64,000 nucleotides of DNA, from NCBI GenBank assembly GCA_963742275.1, contig CAVUKU010000003.1, positions 111,866-175,865 on the forward strand. Direction: 5' to 3'. The notes under the pieces were generated by a model. That model saw only the letters and a list, made by a program, of their open reading frames with translations, had not been told where the DNA came from and searched no databases. Positions 1 to 9,779 of the stretch are shown piece by piece; positions within the stretch are counted from its first letter, which is position 1, and each line of letters begins with the position of its first letter. This stretch comes from an uncultured Solirubrobacterales bacterium (GTDB lineage: Bacteria > Actinomycetota > Thermoleophilia > Solirubrobacterales > Solirubrobacteraceae). The position numbers and the translations under genes are program-made.

Positions 1-145
1 TATACAAGGTCGTGTTGCCGCGCTGCCGCTGTGAACGGCAAAAGACGTCCGCGTTGAGATACGGCCCAGCCAGATGCCCTACGTGCAAGTCTCCGTTAGT
101 TGTCGGCGGCGTCGCAGTGACAAGGAACTTACGGGACGAGCCCAT
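1..145 (-). CDS. Methionyl-tRNA synthetase-like protein (hydrazine synthetase MetRS-like component), 5' end only
   Basis: Not in the ORF track. ATG at 145 overlaps the cupin stop (TGATG). Manual translation gives MGSSRKFLVTATPPTTNGDLHVGHLAGPYLNADVFCRSQRQRGNTTLY, a class I aaRS HIGH motif (HVGH) in a MetRS-like context; runs off the window. Confidence 0.88.
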   Translation of the reverse strand, partial: MGSSRKFLVTATPPTTNGDLHVGHLAGPYLNADVFCRSQRQRGNTTLY

Positions 146-504
146 CAGGTACTCCCACCGAACTCGCCGAGCGTCCACAGGCACAGTAGCTCCAGCGATG
201 TGCTAGGGGACGTGTTCTCGAAGTAGTGACTGTGCCCAGGTTGTACCTTAATCACGTCCCCCTCTTGAAGAGCTATTCGCTCGTCGCCGACGTACGCATC
301 GCATTTTCCACTGACGACCATGAAATGCTCGACTTCCTCGTGGCTGTGGAGTTCCGTTCGCCCACCCGGTGGGACTATCCCCAATCCCATCCCATTCTCC
401 GAGGGCCCACTGGAGTCCCACGGCAAGATTCGCCAAAACTGGCAGCCGTAGTCATCGAGCAGGCTGGCCTCCGACCGGCGTTGTATTGCGAAGCTACTGT
501 GCAC
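145..504 (-). CDS. Stand-alone cupin (metal-binding), likely the N-N bond-forming cupin of a hydrazine synthetase
   Basis: Cupin motifs PGGRTELHSHEEVE and GDVIKVQPGHSH; translationally coupled between the N-hydroxylase and the MetRS-like gene. Confidence 0.85.
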   Translation of the reverse strand: MHSSFAIQRRSEASLLDDYGCQFWRILPWDSSGPSENGMGLGIVPPGGRTELHSHEEVEHFMVVSGKCDAYVGDERIALQEGDVIKVQPGHSHYFENTSPSTSLELLCLWTLGEFGGST

Positions 505-1868
505 TATGTACCTCCCACAGCGTAGATTTCATTAGGTCTCTGGCGGTGCTCACGCTCCGTGCCCATTGCCGACTGCAGAATCTCGTAGTTCCGATGCGAG
601 AGAACAGAGAGCAGGGTGCTCGTCAGACCGTGCGATTCCTCCGTGGCCCCTTGCAGAAAGATCTTCACTCGCAAGAGGTCGTCGGTTTCGATCGCATAGT
701 CGCGTCTCACCACCAGGGTGCCCTCGGCGGTCCTGCACAAGTAAGGCTCAAGGTCACCAAGAAGCTGCTCAACATGTTTGTAGTCGTAGCCGGTTGCGAA
801 GACAACCCCGTCGTAGTCGCCTGTGCGTACAGTGCCTGTGTTGACGTCTTGCAATGAAGCAGTTACCTTGTCCTTCACTTGGTGGCACTCCAGCAGCCGC
901 GTGAAGCGAAGCAGACGCAACCGTTCGTGGTTGCAAAGACGCTGGTGATAGAGCAGCTCTGAGATTTCCCGGATAACATCCTCATCGACTGCCGCATAGT
1001 TTGTGTGATGCAGGCTTTCAAGAACTTGGTGCTTGCCGCTTGCCGGAAGCTGGTAAAACAAATCGACGTTCTCGGGATTAAAGATCTCGTTTGCTTGCAC
1101 GCTGTTGTTTGCGGGCATAAGAGCAAATGTCGAAAACGCCATCGTGACGTCTGCACGCGGGAACTCACGGCCGAGGTACTGAAATATCTCAGCGGCACTC
1201 TGACCTGCTCCGATGACCAGGAACCGATAGGGAACATCGCGCCCCCGCTCGGCATAGCTCTTGATCTTTTCTAGGAAGGAATTACTGTGGAAAGCTGCAT
1301 CCGTCAGTTCGATGTGCTCCGCGCCTCGCGGCAGCGCTGGCTTACCCCCCAACGCGAGGACGACGTTAGATGCTACCCTCAACATCGAAGATCCCTCCCG
1401 ATCTGCGCCGAACCTGACTACCACGCGGTTCACACTGCCGTCAGGTTCAACAATCGGGCTCAAGCCTGCGACAGGCTGCTGATACATAACATAGTTGGAC
1501 AACTTCGCCGCGGCCCATGAGAAGTAATCGTGGTACTCACGCCTGGTCGGGTGGAACGTTCGGAGGTTCAGAAAGTCCTCTAGACGTCCGTGCTCGCACA
1601 GATAATTTAGAAACGAATACGGGCTAGTAGGATCTGTCGGAGTTACGAGATCCTTGAGGAACGCAACTTGCATACGAGCGCCATCGAGCAGCATGTCAGG
1701 ATGCCACGCGAAGGCGGCCCGGCGCTCCAAAAAGCCGATACGCTTGTCGACCCATCCAACCTTTGAGCGGAGCGAGGCAAACAAGGCACACAGAGAGAGG
1801 TTCGATGGCCCAAAGCCGACACCGACCAGGTCAAGCGACGGCGTATGAGCGAGGGCATCGTGTGTCAT
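504..1868 (-). CDS. Lysine/ornithine N-monooxygenase (SidA/IucD/PvdA family)
   Basis: GVGFGPSN FAD motif, WHPDMLL, FLKDLVT..PTSPYSFLNYL, GAGQSAAE NADPH motif, FATGY, HGLTSTLLS. Confidence 0.95.
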   Translation of the reverse strand: MTHDALAHTPSLDLVGVGFGPSNLSLCALFASLRSKVGWVDKRIGFLERRAAFAWHPDMLLDGARMQVAFLKDLVTPTDPTSPYSFLNYLCEHGRLEDFLNLRTFHPTRREYHDYFSWAAAKLSNYVMYQQPVAGLSPIVEPDGSVNRVVVRFGADREGSSMLRVASNVVLALGGKPALPRGAEHIELTDAAFHSNSFLEKIKSYAERGRDVPYRFLVIGAGQSAAEIFQYLGREFPRADVTMAFSTFALMPANNSVQANEIFNPENVDLFYQLPASGKHQVLESLHHTNYAAVDEDVIREISELLYHQRLCNHERLRLLRFTRLLECHQVKDKVTASLQDVNTGTVRTGDYDGVVFATGYDYKHVEQLLGDLEPYLCRTAEGTLVVRRDYAIETDDLLRVKIFLQGATEESHGLTSTLLSVLSHRNYEILQSAMGTEREHRQRPNEIYAVGGT

Positions 1869-4800
1869 GGGCGCGCCCCTGAGACTGATCCAGCGGCCGC
1901 CGACCGGCGGGCTGGTTGGACGGAGTCTGAAGCGATCAGCTCAAGTATCCTGGCGGCAATAGCCGCGGCGTGGGCTCGGCTGATAATCGTATAGTGATCG
2001 CCTGGCAGCCACATGATGGGCGTGCTCTCGCTTATGGCAGGTTGATGCGTGTGTAGCGGCGTCAGTGCAGCAAAGCCGTCGGCCGGCTGATCGGCCGCTG
2101 CAATCAACTCCGTCGGGCAGTTTGGTAGTGAAGAGACGCGGTGCGAAATCAGCAGGCTGCCCAGCTGCGCGTACTGCGAATAGAGAGGCTCGAGCGTTTC
2201 GGTCGTCTCATTCTCGCGCAGGCGGCCGGCAAGGCGCAGCCAAGCCACAGCTTCGGCCAAGGAGTGCGCCTGCGAAGACCGCAGGGCGGCGGCGTCCTGC
2301 AGATAGTCGGCGAAGAAGCCCGCGACCTTCTGGACCGCAGTGAGCTCGATCTCCCCGGGCGTAGCGCATACGAAGGCATCAATCACCGTCAACGATGCTG
2401 GCGGCATCGCAAGCCGCTCCAACACATGCGCAAGCTCGATGCCAAGTACTCCCCCCATCGACCATCCGACGAGGTGCACCGGCTCGGGGCTTTCAAGCGC
2501 CAGCAGCACCTCGGCATAGCGCGAGGCGAGATCGAGGAGGGTCTCCGGCAACACCAGCGCTGGCGGGCTTTGCAAGCCGTACACAGCCAGCTCCTGTGGC
2601 AGGGCGTCGATCAACGGCCGGTAGCAGAGCAGATGTCCCCCGATAGGATGAATAATCACCACTGTCTGGCCTTGACTCCGTCGTATCGGCACCATCACCG
2701 ACGGCTCGTCGTAAGCGGAGGAGCCTTCAATGAGTCGTGCTTGCGCTTTAATCGTGTTCTGTTCGAAGAGGCTTGAGAGGGAGATTCGTGTACCGAAGGT
2801 TTCCTCGATACGCCGCACAAGCTGTACGGCGAGCAGTGAGCTTCCGCCGACCGAGAAGAAGTCATCGTTGACCGATCTCACCTCTGTCTCGCACACATCC
2901 TCCCAGATGAGTGTCAGGGAGCGCTCGACCGGTGTTGCAGGTATGCCTCCCGTCGCAGGCGACGCCAGCTGAGCCTCCTGTGCGAGCCTGCGCATCGCCA
3001 CGGTGTCGCGCTTGCCGTTGGCCGTGAGAGGCACTGCGTCGATGACGCGGAACGTGTCTGGAATCGCGTACCTGGGGAGCTTTTCGCACAGCATGTCCCT
3101 GGCAAGACCGAAGTCCGGCGAGACATCTCTGCTTGGAATGACCAGCGCCACGAGCGTTTGCCTGGCGCCATCGCCATTTACGACACACACGGCCGTCTCG
3201 ACGCCCACGACCGCCTCAAGGTGCTTCTCGATCTCCACGAGGTCCAAGCGGTGGCCGCGGACCTTCACCTGGCTGTCGGTGCGTCCCAGGAACTCGATGC
3301 TTCCGTCGCTCCAATAGCGTCCTCGATCTCCTGTCCGGTAGATGCGATCCTCTGTGCGCGGGTGCACAAAAAAGCTTTCGCTCGTAAGTGCGGGCTGGTG
3401 GACGTATTCGGTGGCAAGCCCGTCGCCAGCGATGTACAAGTCGCCCGCCACCCACGTGGGGACCTCTGCCATCTCGGCGTCGAGCACGTGGAGTTGCTGG
3501 TTGGCGAGCGGCCGGCCGTAGGGGATGCTCTTCCAGGAGGCCTCGACGCGATCGACCACGTGATAGTTGGACCAGATAGATGCCTCGGTAGCGCCACCCA
3601 GCGCCACCACCTGTAGGCTCGGGTTGGCAGCGTGCAGCCGTGCGGGCAGATCGAGCGGTATCCAGTCGCCACTGAGCATCACCAGACGCAAGCCGCCAAG
3701 CACCGCCGTGGCTCGCGTGCCGACGTAGTCCAGGAGCATCTCCATCAACGCCGGCACCGAGTTCCACACCGTGACATGTGCTGAGTGCAGACATGCCGCC
3801 CACGACTCGGGTTCGGGATGTCGCCGATAGGGCGGGATCACCACAGCCCCTCCACAATGAAGCGCCCCGAGAAGATCGAACGCGGAGAGATCGAAGTTCA
3901 ACTCTGACAGCGAGAGGATGCGATCTTTGCTCGAGAAGCTAAACCGCTCACAGACATCAACGACGGTGTTGAGTACCCCGCGCCGTGAGATTGCGACGCC
4001 CTTTGGTACGCCGGTGGAGCCTGAGGTATAGATTACATATGCAAGCGAGTCGAGGTCAGCCGCTCGGCGTGTGGCTATCTGTAGCGTCTCGACTCCCCGG
4101 TCACTAGCGTCAATTGAGATCGCTGTCACAGAAGAGTTGAGGTCGGAGAGGATCTGTTGCCCGCGCTTATCTGCCAAGACGCATTCCAGAGTGCCCTCTG
4201 CGATGAAATGCTGCAGTCTCTTTGGCGGCCAGTCGATGTTGAGCGGCACATACGCGCTCCCGTACTGCATGACAGCAAGGGCCCCGACGTACTGCTCGGC
4301 GCTCTTCTCTGCAAGCACGCCAACGACGCGCGGCGGATCCTCTCGCCAGCGGGCGAGCTCATGATGCAGCCCCTCCATGCGCGTTTGAACCTCGTGGTAA
4401 GACAGGGCGCGCTCTGACGTCACCATCGCGGCGTCGCCGGGCGCCGTCTTCGCGTGCCCGAAGAAGCCCTCCGGCACATCCGTCTGTGGCAGTGTCTTCG
4501 CTGTGCGGTTGGCACGCCTGCGCGCAGCCGTTAGCTGCTCCGGCAAATCCGGGCTCGTTTCGGATTCCCAGCAGGAGCGATCATTGGCAAGCCGCTCGAG
4601 CAGGTAGGCGTGATAGGCAACTAGCTCCTCAATCATGCCCTGCGGAAAGGCATCCGCCACGTAGTCGAAGTTGCTCACCAGGTCGCCGTGGTCTTCGAAG
4701 ACCTGGTGATCGAGTAACACCTGCGGAGTCTGCATCGCTTTGAACGCGCACCGCCAGCCAGGTGCCTCAACCTGATTGGGGAGCGGCTTCGAAGAGCTAC

Positions 4801-6130
4801 TTGTGTCCAGTCCGGACGCGAAGACGTATGGGTTGTTGTCACGGGTCTCGGGGTTCGCCTGGCGCCCACGGCGCAGCACCTCCACTGCCGAGACGAAGCA
4901 GTGCTGGAGGTCATTTGCCATCTGCAATTGGAGCTCTCGCGCACGCTGAAGGAAGGTTTTGGACTTTCTGTCAGGCGCAAGCAACATCGTCGTGCCGAAG
5001 TTCCCGACACATCGCTCCAAAGCGTTGCTGCCAAGGGTCAGAGCCCGCGTCGATACGAGCACAGTCACCGAAAAATCCTTCGTGCCCGACCAGCGTCCGA
5101 GGACATCCATGTAAGCGCTGCACAGGACCGCGTTGGCGGAGAGTTCCACGTTGCGGGAGCGAGCCTGCAGCAGCTTCCATACCTGGGCCGGAAGCCGGTG
5201 CTGCGCACGCCGCATGACCGCTTTCCGCGGGCCATTGCCCGCGACATCCGCGGGGAGTGCAGGAGCCGGGGGAAGCGAGGGCAGGCGCCGTTCCCAGTAT
5301 GCGACGGAGTTGCGATAGCTCTGGCTCTGGCGGTAGCGGACAAGCGCCTCCAGGTAGCGCCTATACAGGCCATTGTGCGCTGCGCCGTCCCAGAGTTGCG
5401 TGCCGCTGTCGGCGGCATAGGCCTGTGCGATGTCTGCCCACACCAGCCCGATTGAGCGGGCGTCGAGCACAAAGAGCCGCACAACTATCAGGACGAAGTT
5501 TGTGTCGCGTGTGCGATAGGCCGTGCAGGCAAGCTGTGGCCCAGCATCGAGCGGTGCCAGCAAATCGCCTGCGCCCTCGCGCATCTGCGCGAACCGGGCG
5601 CGGCCCTCGTCGCCGGCCACGTCCGTCCAGTCAACAACCGTCGGGCTCCAGGAGCCAAGATCCTGCACTTCCTGCTCCTCGGCGCCGATGACCGCCACGC
5701 GCAGCATCTCGTGCCTGCTCATGACCGCGCGCAGAGCCTCAGCGAGTCGCTCAACGTCAAGGTCTGCGACTTCATAGCCTTGCGCGATATATGCCCGTGT
5801 GTGCAGGTCCAGGAAGTCCAACTCCCCGACTTGATAGGCGCCCTGTAGGTCTGTGAGCTTGAAGCTGGCGCTCCCGGCCAACGCCTCTAGCTGCAACCCG
5901 GCTGTTCCGGGGTTGCGCCGGATGTATTCAAGAGCCTCGCCCTCGCGCGCAGACAACGCTGCAACGAGCCTCTGGGTCTCGGCGTCATCTGCCGGCGTGT
6001 CGACGCGCAGGCCGCCACGTCTGGCGCGCACATAGACCCCCCGAGAGGCCAGGCTCATCAGCAGATCCTCCATAGGGCTGCCCGCGCCGGCCTGCGCCCG
6101 TGAGGATCTATCGGCCATCGTCTGACTCAT
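1865..6130 (-). CDS. NRPS termination module: TubC_N-like docking domain, heterocyclization (Cy), A (Cys-predicted), PCP, thioesterase
   Basis: Cy motifs FKLTDLQGAY and QTPQVLLDHQ; A motifs YTSGSTGVPKG, SGDWIP, GGATEASIWS, YRTGD; specificity residues read by eye as about DLFNMSLIWK (Cys type); PCP FFSVGGSSL; TE GWSMGG and GDHY. Confidence 0.93.
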   Translation of the reverse strand: MSQTMADRSSRAQAGAGSPMEDLLMSLASRGVYVRARRGGLRVDTPADDAETQRLVAALSAREGEALEYIRRNPGTAGLQLEALAGSASFKLTDLQGAYQVGELDFLDLHTRAYIAQGYEVADLDVERLAEALRAVMSRHEMLRVAVIGAEEQEVQDLGSWSPTVVDWTDVAGDEGRARFAQMREGAGDLLAPLDAGPQLACTAYRTRDTNFVLIVVRLFVLDARSIGLVWADIAQAYAADSGTQLWDGAAHNGLYRRYLEALVRYRQSQSYRNSVAYWERRLPSLPPAPALPADVAGNGPRKAVMRRAQHRLPAQVWKLLQARSRNVELSANAVLCSAYMDVLGRWSGTKDFSVTVLVSTRALTLGSNALERCVGNFGTTMLLAPDRKSKTFLQRARELQLQMANDLQHCFVSAVEVLRRGRQANPETRDNNPYVFASGLDTSSSSKPLPNQVEAPGWRCAFKAMQTPQVLLDHQVFEDHGDLVSNFDYVADAFPQGMIEELVAYHAYLLERLANDRSCWESETSPDLPEQLTAARRRANRTAKTLPQTDVPEGFFGHAKTAPGDAAMVTSERALSYHEVQTRMEGLHHELARWREDPPRVVGVLAEKSAEQYVGALAVMQYGSAYVPLNIDWPPKRLQHFIAEGTLECVLADKRGQQILSDLNSSVTAISIDASDRGVETLQIATRRAADLDSLAYVIYTSGSTGVPKGVAISRRGVLNTVVDVCERFSFSSKDRILSLSELNFDLSAFDLLGALHCGGAVVIPPYRRHPEPESWAACLHSAHVTVWNSVPALMEMLLDYVGTRATAVLGGLRLVMLSGDWIPLDLPARLHAANPSLQVVALGGATEASIWSNYHVVDRVEASWKSIPYGRPLANQQLHVLDAEMAEVPTWVAGDLYIAGDGLATEYVHQPALTSESFFVHPRTEDRIYRTGDRGRYWSDGSIEFLGRTDSQVKVRGHRLDLVEIEKHLEAVVGVETAVCVVNGDGARQTLVALVIPSRDVSPDFGLARDMLCEKLPRYAIPDTFRVIDAVPLTANGKRDTVAMRRLAQEAQLASPATGGIPATPVERSLTLIWEDVCETEVRSVNDDFFSVGGSSLLAVQLVRRIEETFGTRISLSSLFEQNTIKAQARLIEGSSAYDEPSVMVPIRRSQGQTVVIIHPIGGHLLCYRPLIDALPQELAVYGLQSPPALVLPETLLDLASRYAEVLLALESPEPVHLVGWSMGGVLGIELAHVLERLAMPPASLTVIDAFVCATPGEIELTAVQKVAGFFADYLQDAAALRSSQAHSLAEAVAWLRLAGRLRENETTETLEPLYSQYAQLGSLLISHRVSSLPNCPTELIAAADQPADGFAALTPLHTHQPAISESTPIMWLPGDHYTIISRAHAAAIAARILELIASDSVQPARRSAAAGSVSGARP

Positions 6131-6146
6131 TGGGTTTGTGCCCTCG

Positions 6147-9100
6147 TTAGTTCACGGCAAGCGAGGTTGCACGAGCCAGCTTGCGGATCATGCTGTCCGG
6201 TCCGAAGAGGTCTGCCAGCGCGAACTCGAACCCATCCTGCTGGCTCAGCGCTAGGATTCTCATTGCCGCCAGCGAATTCCCGCCCAGCGCCAGGAATCTC
6301 GTCTCGACGTCTACGACAGGCAGATCGAGAACATTGCTCCATATGCCGGAAAGCACTTGCTCCTCCGGCGTCTCAGCAAGGCTGACTTCGCCCTCTCCTC
6401 GATCGGCGACCGTGCCTCTCATGGGAAGGGTATCCCCACCGCCGTCCTCCGCGACGGGCGTCTGCACCCGAGCGTGGCCGACGATGTCGACGAGTCCCTC
6501 ATTGCGCCCTGACGCAATACGTTGAAGGATCGCGCGGAACGTCTCAAGAACCTCCTCGACACGCGCTGCGCTGAAAAACGCACGGTCATACTTCACCTGG
6601 AAGTAGAGCGTCTCGTCAGGCATAGCCTCTATAGCAAAGGGGTAGTTGGTCCAGCCGATGTAGCGCTCTTGACGGACCTCGATGCCACCTCTCCCCGACC
6701 AGCCAGCACCTCGTGGAAAGTTCTCGAAGATGAGCAGCGTCTCGAACAGCGGCTGGTCGCTCGGAAGCTCTGATCGCTGCTGGATCAGAGGCAGCGAATA
6801 TTGCTCGTGAGCGCGAGCGGCGACCTGCGCGTCCTGGATTTCTTGCAACCAGTCGTCGACCCGCAGCTGCGGTGCGATGCCGATGCGGATGGGCAGACTG
6901 TTGATGAAGATCCCGACTAGGTTCTCCACGCCCTCCAGCGCAACGGGGCGGTGTGTGATGGTGATTCCAAAGCAGATGTCCGCCTGACCGCTGAGGCGAC
7001 CGAGGACCAGCGCCCACGCTCCCTGGACGAGCGAGTTCAGCGTGAGACGCTGGCGGCGCGCGTACTCCATCAGCGCCCCGCTGAGTTCCTCGTCAAGATC
7101 GAGGCGCGTCTCGGAGTGAAGCTCTAGGTCGCTCGCCGACAAGGTCAGCCGCTCGACGCCGCTAACCATCGTCGGGCGGCGGAAGCCACGCAGCCTCTCT
7201 TGCCAGTAGGCTCGCGCGGCGTCCTGGTCCTCTTTCTTCAGCAGCGCGACGTAGTCGCCGAACGATCGCGTGGGCGCCAGCTGCGGCAACCTGTTCTCTA
7301 GCTGGGCACTGTACAGCTCGAGAGAGTCACGCAGCAACACGAACAGCGACCAGGCGTCGAGGATCAGGTGGTGATAGCTCATGACAAGCTTGAACGTCCG
7401 ATCCTCCATGCGCATGACGGCAAGCCGGAACAGGGGCGCCTGCGTGTAGTCGAACCCGCGCCGGCGGTCCTCACGCAGATAGTCTTCGAGCAGCGTCTGC
7501 TGAGCGCCCGATTCCTGACGCCAATCGCACACTGTCCACTCGAGCTTTGCCTCACGCTGGACGACCTGATGCGGCTCCTGCATTCCCTGCAGCGCGATCC
7601 AGACGCGAAGTATCTCGTGGCGATCGACCACGGCCTGCCACGCATGGTTGTATGTCTCGAGATCGAGATCTCCCTTGAGCGTGTGGATGAACTGCTCGCA
7701 GTACACGCCTGAGCCTGGGTCCAAGAGTGAGTGAAACAGCATTCCCTTTTGCATGTCGGTCAGGGGGTAGAGCCGCTCGATCGCATCCGGCTTCTCTGCC
7801 AGACGCGCCGCTTCCTCGTAAGCGTCCTGAAACTCCTCCGCAGGCTCTGAGGCGCCCGCACTCGGTCGCTCCGAGCTCGCCCGGCACGCAAGGGCCTTTG
7901 TGACTGCCTGTGGAGATTCTAGGACCGATTCGATGTGCAGCGCCATCTCCGCGATCGTCGGCGTCTGAAACACCTGTGTCGCCGGCAGGCCGATGCCGAT
8001 CCTGTTGAGCTTTGCGCTCAGCAGGAAGCCTTGAATCGAGTCGCCGCCAAGTGCGAAGAAGTTGTCGTGGACGCCGATACGCGAACGCTCGAGCACGTCG
8101 CCCCATATCTCGCAAAGATACGTCGGCAACTCGCCCTCAGGGGCCGTGTAGTCCTCAGCTATCTCCAGATGGTTGCCCGTCACCTGTTCGAGCGCGACAC
8201 GGTCCACCTTGCCATTGTGCGTCTGAGGGATCTCGTCGACCAGGATAAACGCCGCAGGGATCATGTAATTCGAGATCTTCGCCGCCAGGTGCGATCGGAT
8301 ATGAGTAGTGGACGGCATAGCGTCCCCATCAGCGATCAGATAGGCGATGAGCCGCTGTTGCCCCGAGGCTCTGCGGCGGCCGACGACGACCGCTTGGAGG
8401 ACTCCTGGTACCTCGCGCAGGGCGCTCTCCACTTCACCAAGCTCCACGCGATGCCCAGTGATCTTCACCTGGGTGTCGATGCGGCCCATGAGCTGACAGC
8501 ACCCGTCATCGTCGATCCGCGCAAGGTCGCCGGTGTGGAACCAGTCTCCGTGCTCAGTTTTCACGAACCTCGTCGCCGTCAGATCGAGGTCCTTGTAGTA
8601 GCCATCGGCCATGCCTACGCCACTCATGCAAAGCTCGCCCGGATTCCCATCTGGGACAGGCCTCATCTCAACATCCAGGATGTGGGGCGTAAGATCAGCG
8701 GCGTGGCCGACCGGCACGAATCCTGGGTACTCGACGCCAGGAAGGCACTCCCAATAGGTGCAGTAAAGGGCCTCGGTAAGGCCATAGATGTTGTACAGCC
8801 GCGCTGCCCCCCCAGTAGCGAAGTACCGCCTTGGCAGGTCTCCGGGCATTACATCCGAACTGCAAAACAGGTACTTCAGCGAATCGGTCGCACGAAAGGC
8901 CGGTGTTTCGATCAGCCCTTCGAGCAGGCCAGGCACGACCAGGATAGTGCATATGCCATGCTGATGGACGAGCTCGGCAATCCGCTGAGGATCCTTGTGC
9001 TGCCCGGACGGCATGATGACGATCATGCCACCGGATAGCACCGGCCAAAACACCTCGCGAATCAGGTTTGTGACACTCAGCGTCGTTCGCAGGAGGTGAC

Positions 9101-9638
9101 GCTCACCGCGCTCTAGAGGGAAGGTCCGCTGTAGCCACTGCTGGCCCGAGAGGAGTGCCCTGTGCGAGAGAACCACGCCCTTGGGAACACCTGTGGAGCC
9201 GGATGTATAGAAGATGAATGCCGGGTCCTCAGGCTTGACTTTGTCCGACCCTGGCTTGCCTGCGGGCAGCTCGGCCACAGCCACCATGCGGGCGCACGAG
9301 GGGCTGTCGGCAACATGCCCATCGGTAAGCACGAACTCGGCTTGGGCGTGCTTCAGAATGACCTCCCGGCGCTCTGCCGGATCGTCGGCGTCAATCGGCA
9401 CGACCACGCCCCCAGCCCGCAAGATCCCGAATATCGCCGCCAGTAGCTCGTGCGAACGCGACATGTATAGGCCGACTCTTGCACCACTTTCCACACCGAG
9501 TGCGCACAGTCCCCCGGCAATCCGCAGCGCGTCCTGCTCCAAACCACCGAAGCTCGCCGTCTCATCCCCAAATACGGCCGCCACCGCGTCCGGGCTCTGG
9601 GTAGCTTGATTGGTAAGAAGGTCGTGCAATCGAGACAT
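6147..9638 (-). CDS. NRPS A-PCP-C-PCP
   Basis: A motifs YTSGSTGVPKG, YGLTE, FHTGD, NGKVDR; PCP FFALGGDSI; C domain HHLILDAWS; second PCP FLALGGNSL at the C-terminus. Confidence 0.93.
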   Translation of the reverse strand: MSRLHDLLTNQATQSPDAVAAVFGDETASFGGLEQDALRIAGGLCALGVESGARVGLYMSRSHELLAAIFGILRAGGVVVPIDADDPAERREVILKHAQAEFVLTDGHVADSPSCARMVAVAELPAGKPGSDKVKPEDPAFIFYTSGSTGVPKGVVLSHRALLSGQQWLQRTFPLERGERHLLRTTLSVTNLIREVFWPVLSGGMIVIMPSGQHKDPQRIAELVHQHGICTILVVPGLLEGLIETPAFRATDSLKYLFCSSDVMPGDLPRRYFATGGAARLYNIYGLTEALYCTYWECLPGVEYPGFVPVGHAADLTPHILDVEMRPVPDGNPGELCMSGVGMADGYYKDLDLTATRFVKTEHGDWFHTGDLARIDDDGCCQLMGRIDTQVKITGHRVELGEVESALREVPGVLQAVVVGRRRASGQQRLIAYLIADGDAMPSTTHIRSHLAAKISNYMIPAAFILVDEIPQTHNGKVDRVALEQVTGNHLEIAEDYTAPEGELPTYLCEIWGDVLERSRIGVHDNFFALGGDSIQGFLLSAKLNRIGIGLPATQVFQTPTIAEMALHIESVLESPQAVTKALACRASSERPSAGASEPAEEFQDAYEEAARLAEKPDAIERLYPLTDMQKGMLFHSLLDPGSGVYCEQFIHTLKGDLDLETYNHAWQAVVDRHEILRVWIALQGMQEPHQVVQREAKLEWTVCDWRQESGAQQTLLEDYLREDRRRGFDYTQAPLFRLAVMRMEDRTFKLVMSYHHLILDAWSLFVLLRDSLELYSAQLENRLPQLAPTRSFGDYVALLKKEDQDAARAYWQERLRGFRRPTMVSGVERLTLSASDLELHSETRLDLDEELSGALMEYARRQRLTLNSLVQGAWALVLGRLSGQADICFGITITHRPVALEGVENLVGIFINSLPIRIGIAPQLRVDDWLQEIQDAQVAARAHEQYSLPLIQQRSELPSDQPLFETLLIFENFPRGAGWSGRGGIEVRQERYIGWTNYPFAIEAMPDETLYFQVKYDRAFFSAARVEEVLETFRAILQRIASGRNEGLVDIVGHARVQTPVAEDGGGDTLPMRGTVADRGEGEVSLAETPEEQVLSGIWSNVLDLPVVDVETRFLALGGNSLAAMRILALSQQDGFEFALADLFGPDSMIRKLARATSLAVN

Positions 9639-9779
9639 AGGCTCCCATGGTCCTCTCGTCTAGTCATACCGCCATCGACGGTCGCAGGCGGCTTGCTGGC
9701 GTCAGATTGTCGCCCGTGAAGCTCTATGTCAAAAATCGCGCCTTGGGCGATGACGGGGATCGGCCTTGATCGGCGCTGC

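Noticed and set aside
504-1868. Simple hydroxamate siderophore cluster
   Set aside because: No siderophore uptake genes are visible in the window, and the hydroxylase is coupled to cupin + MetRS-like genes; disfavoured but not excluded
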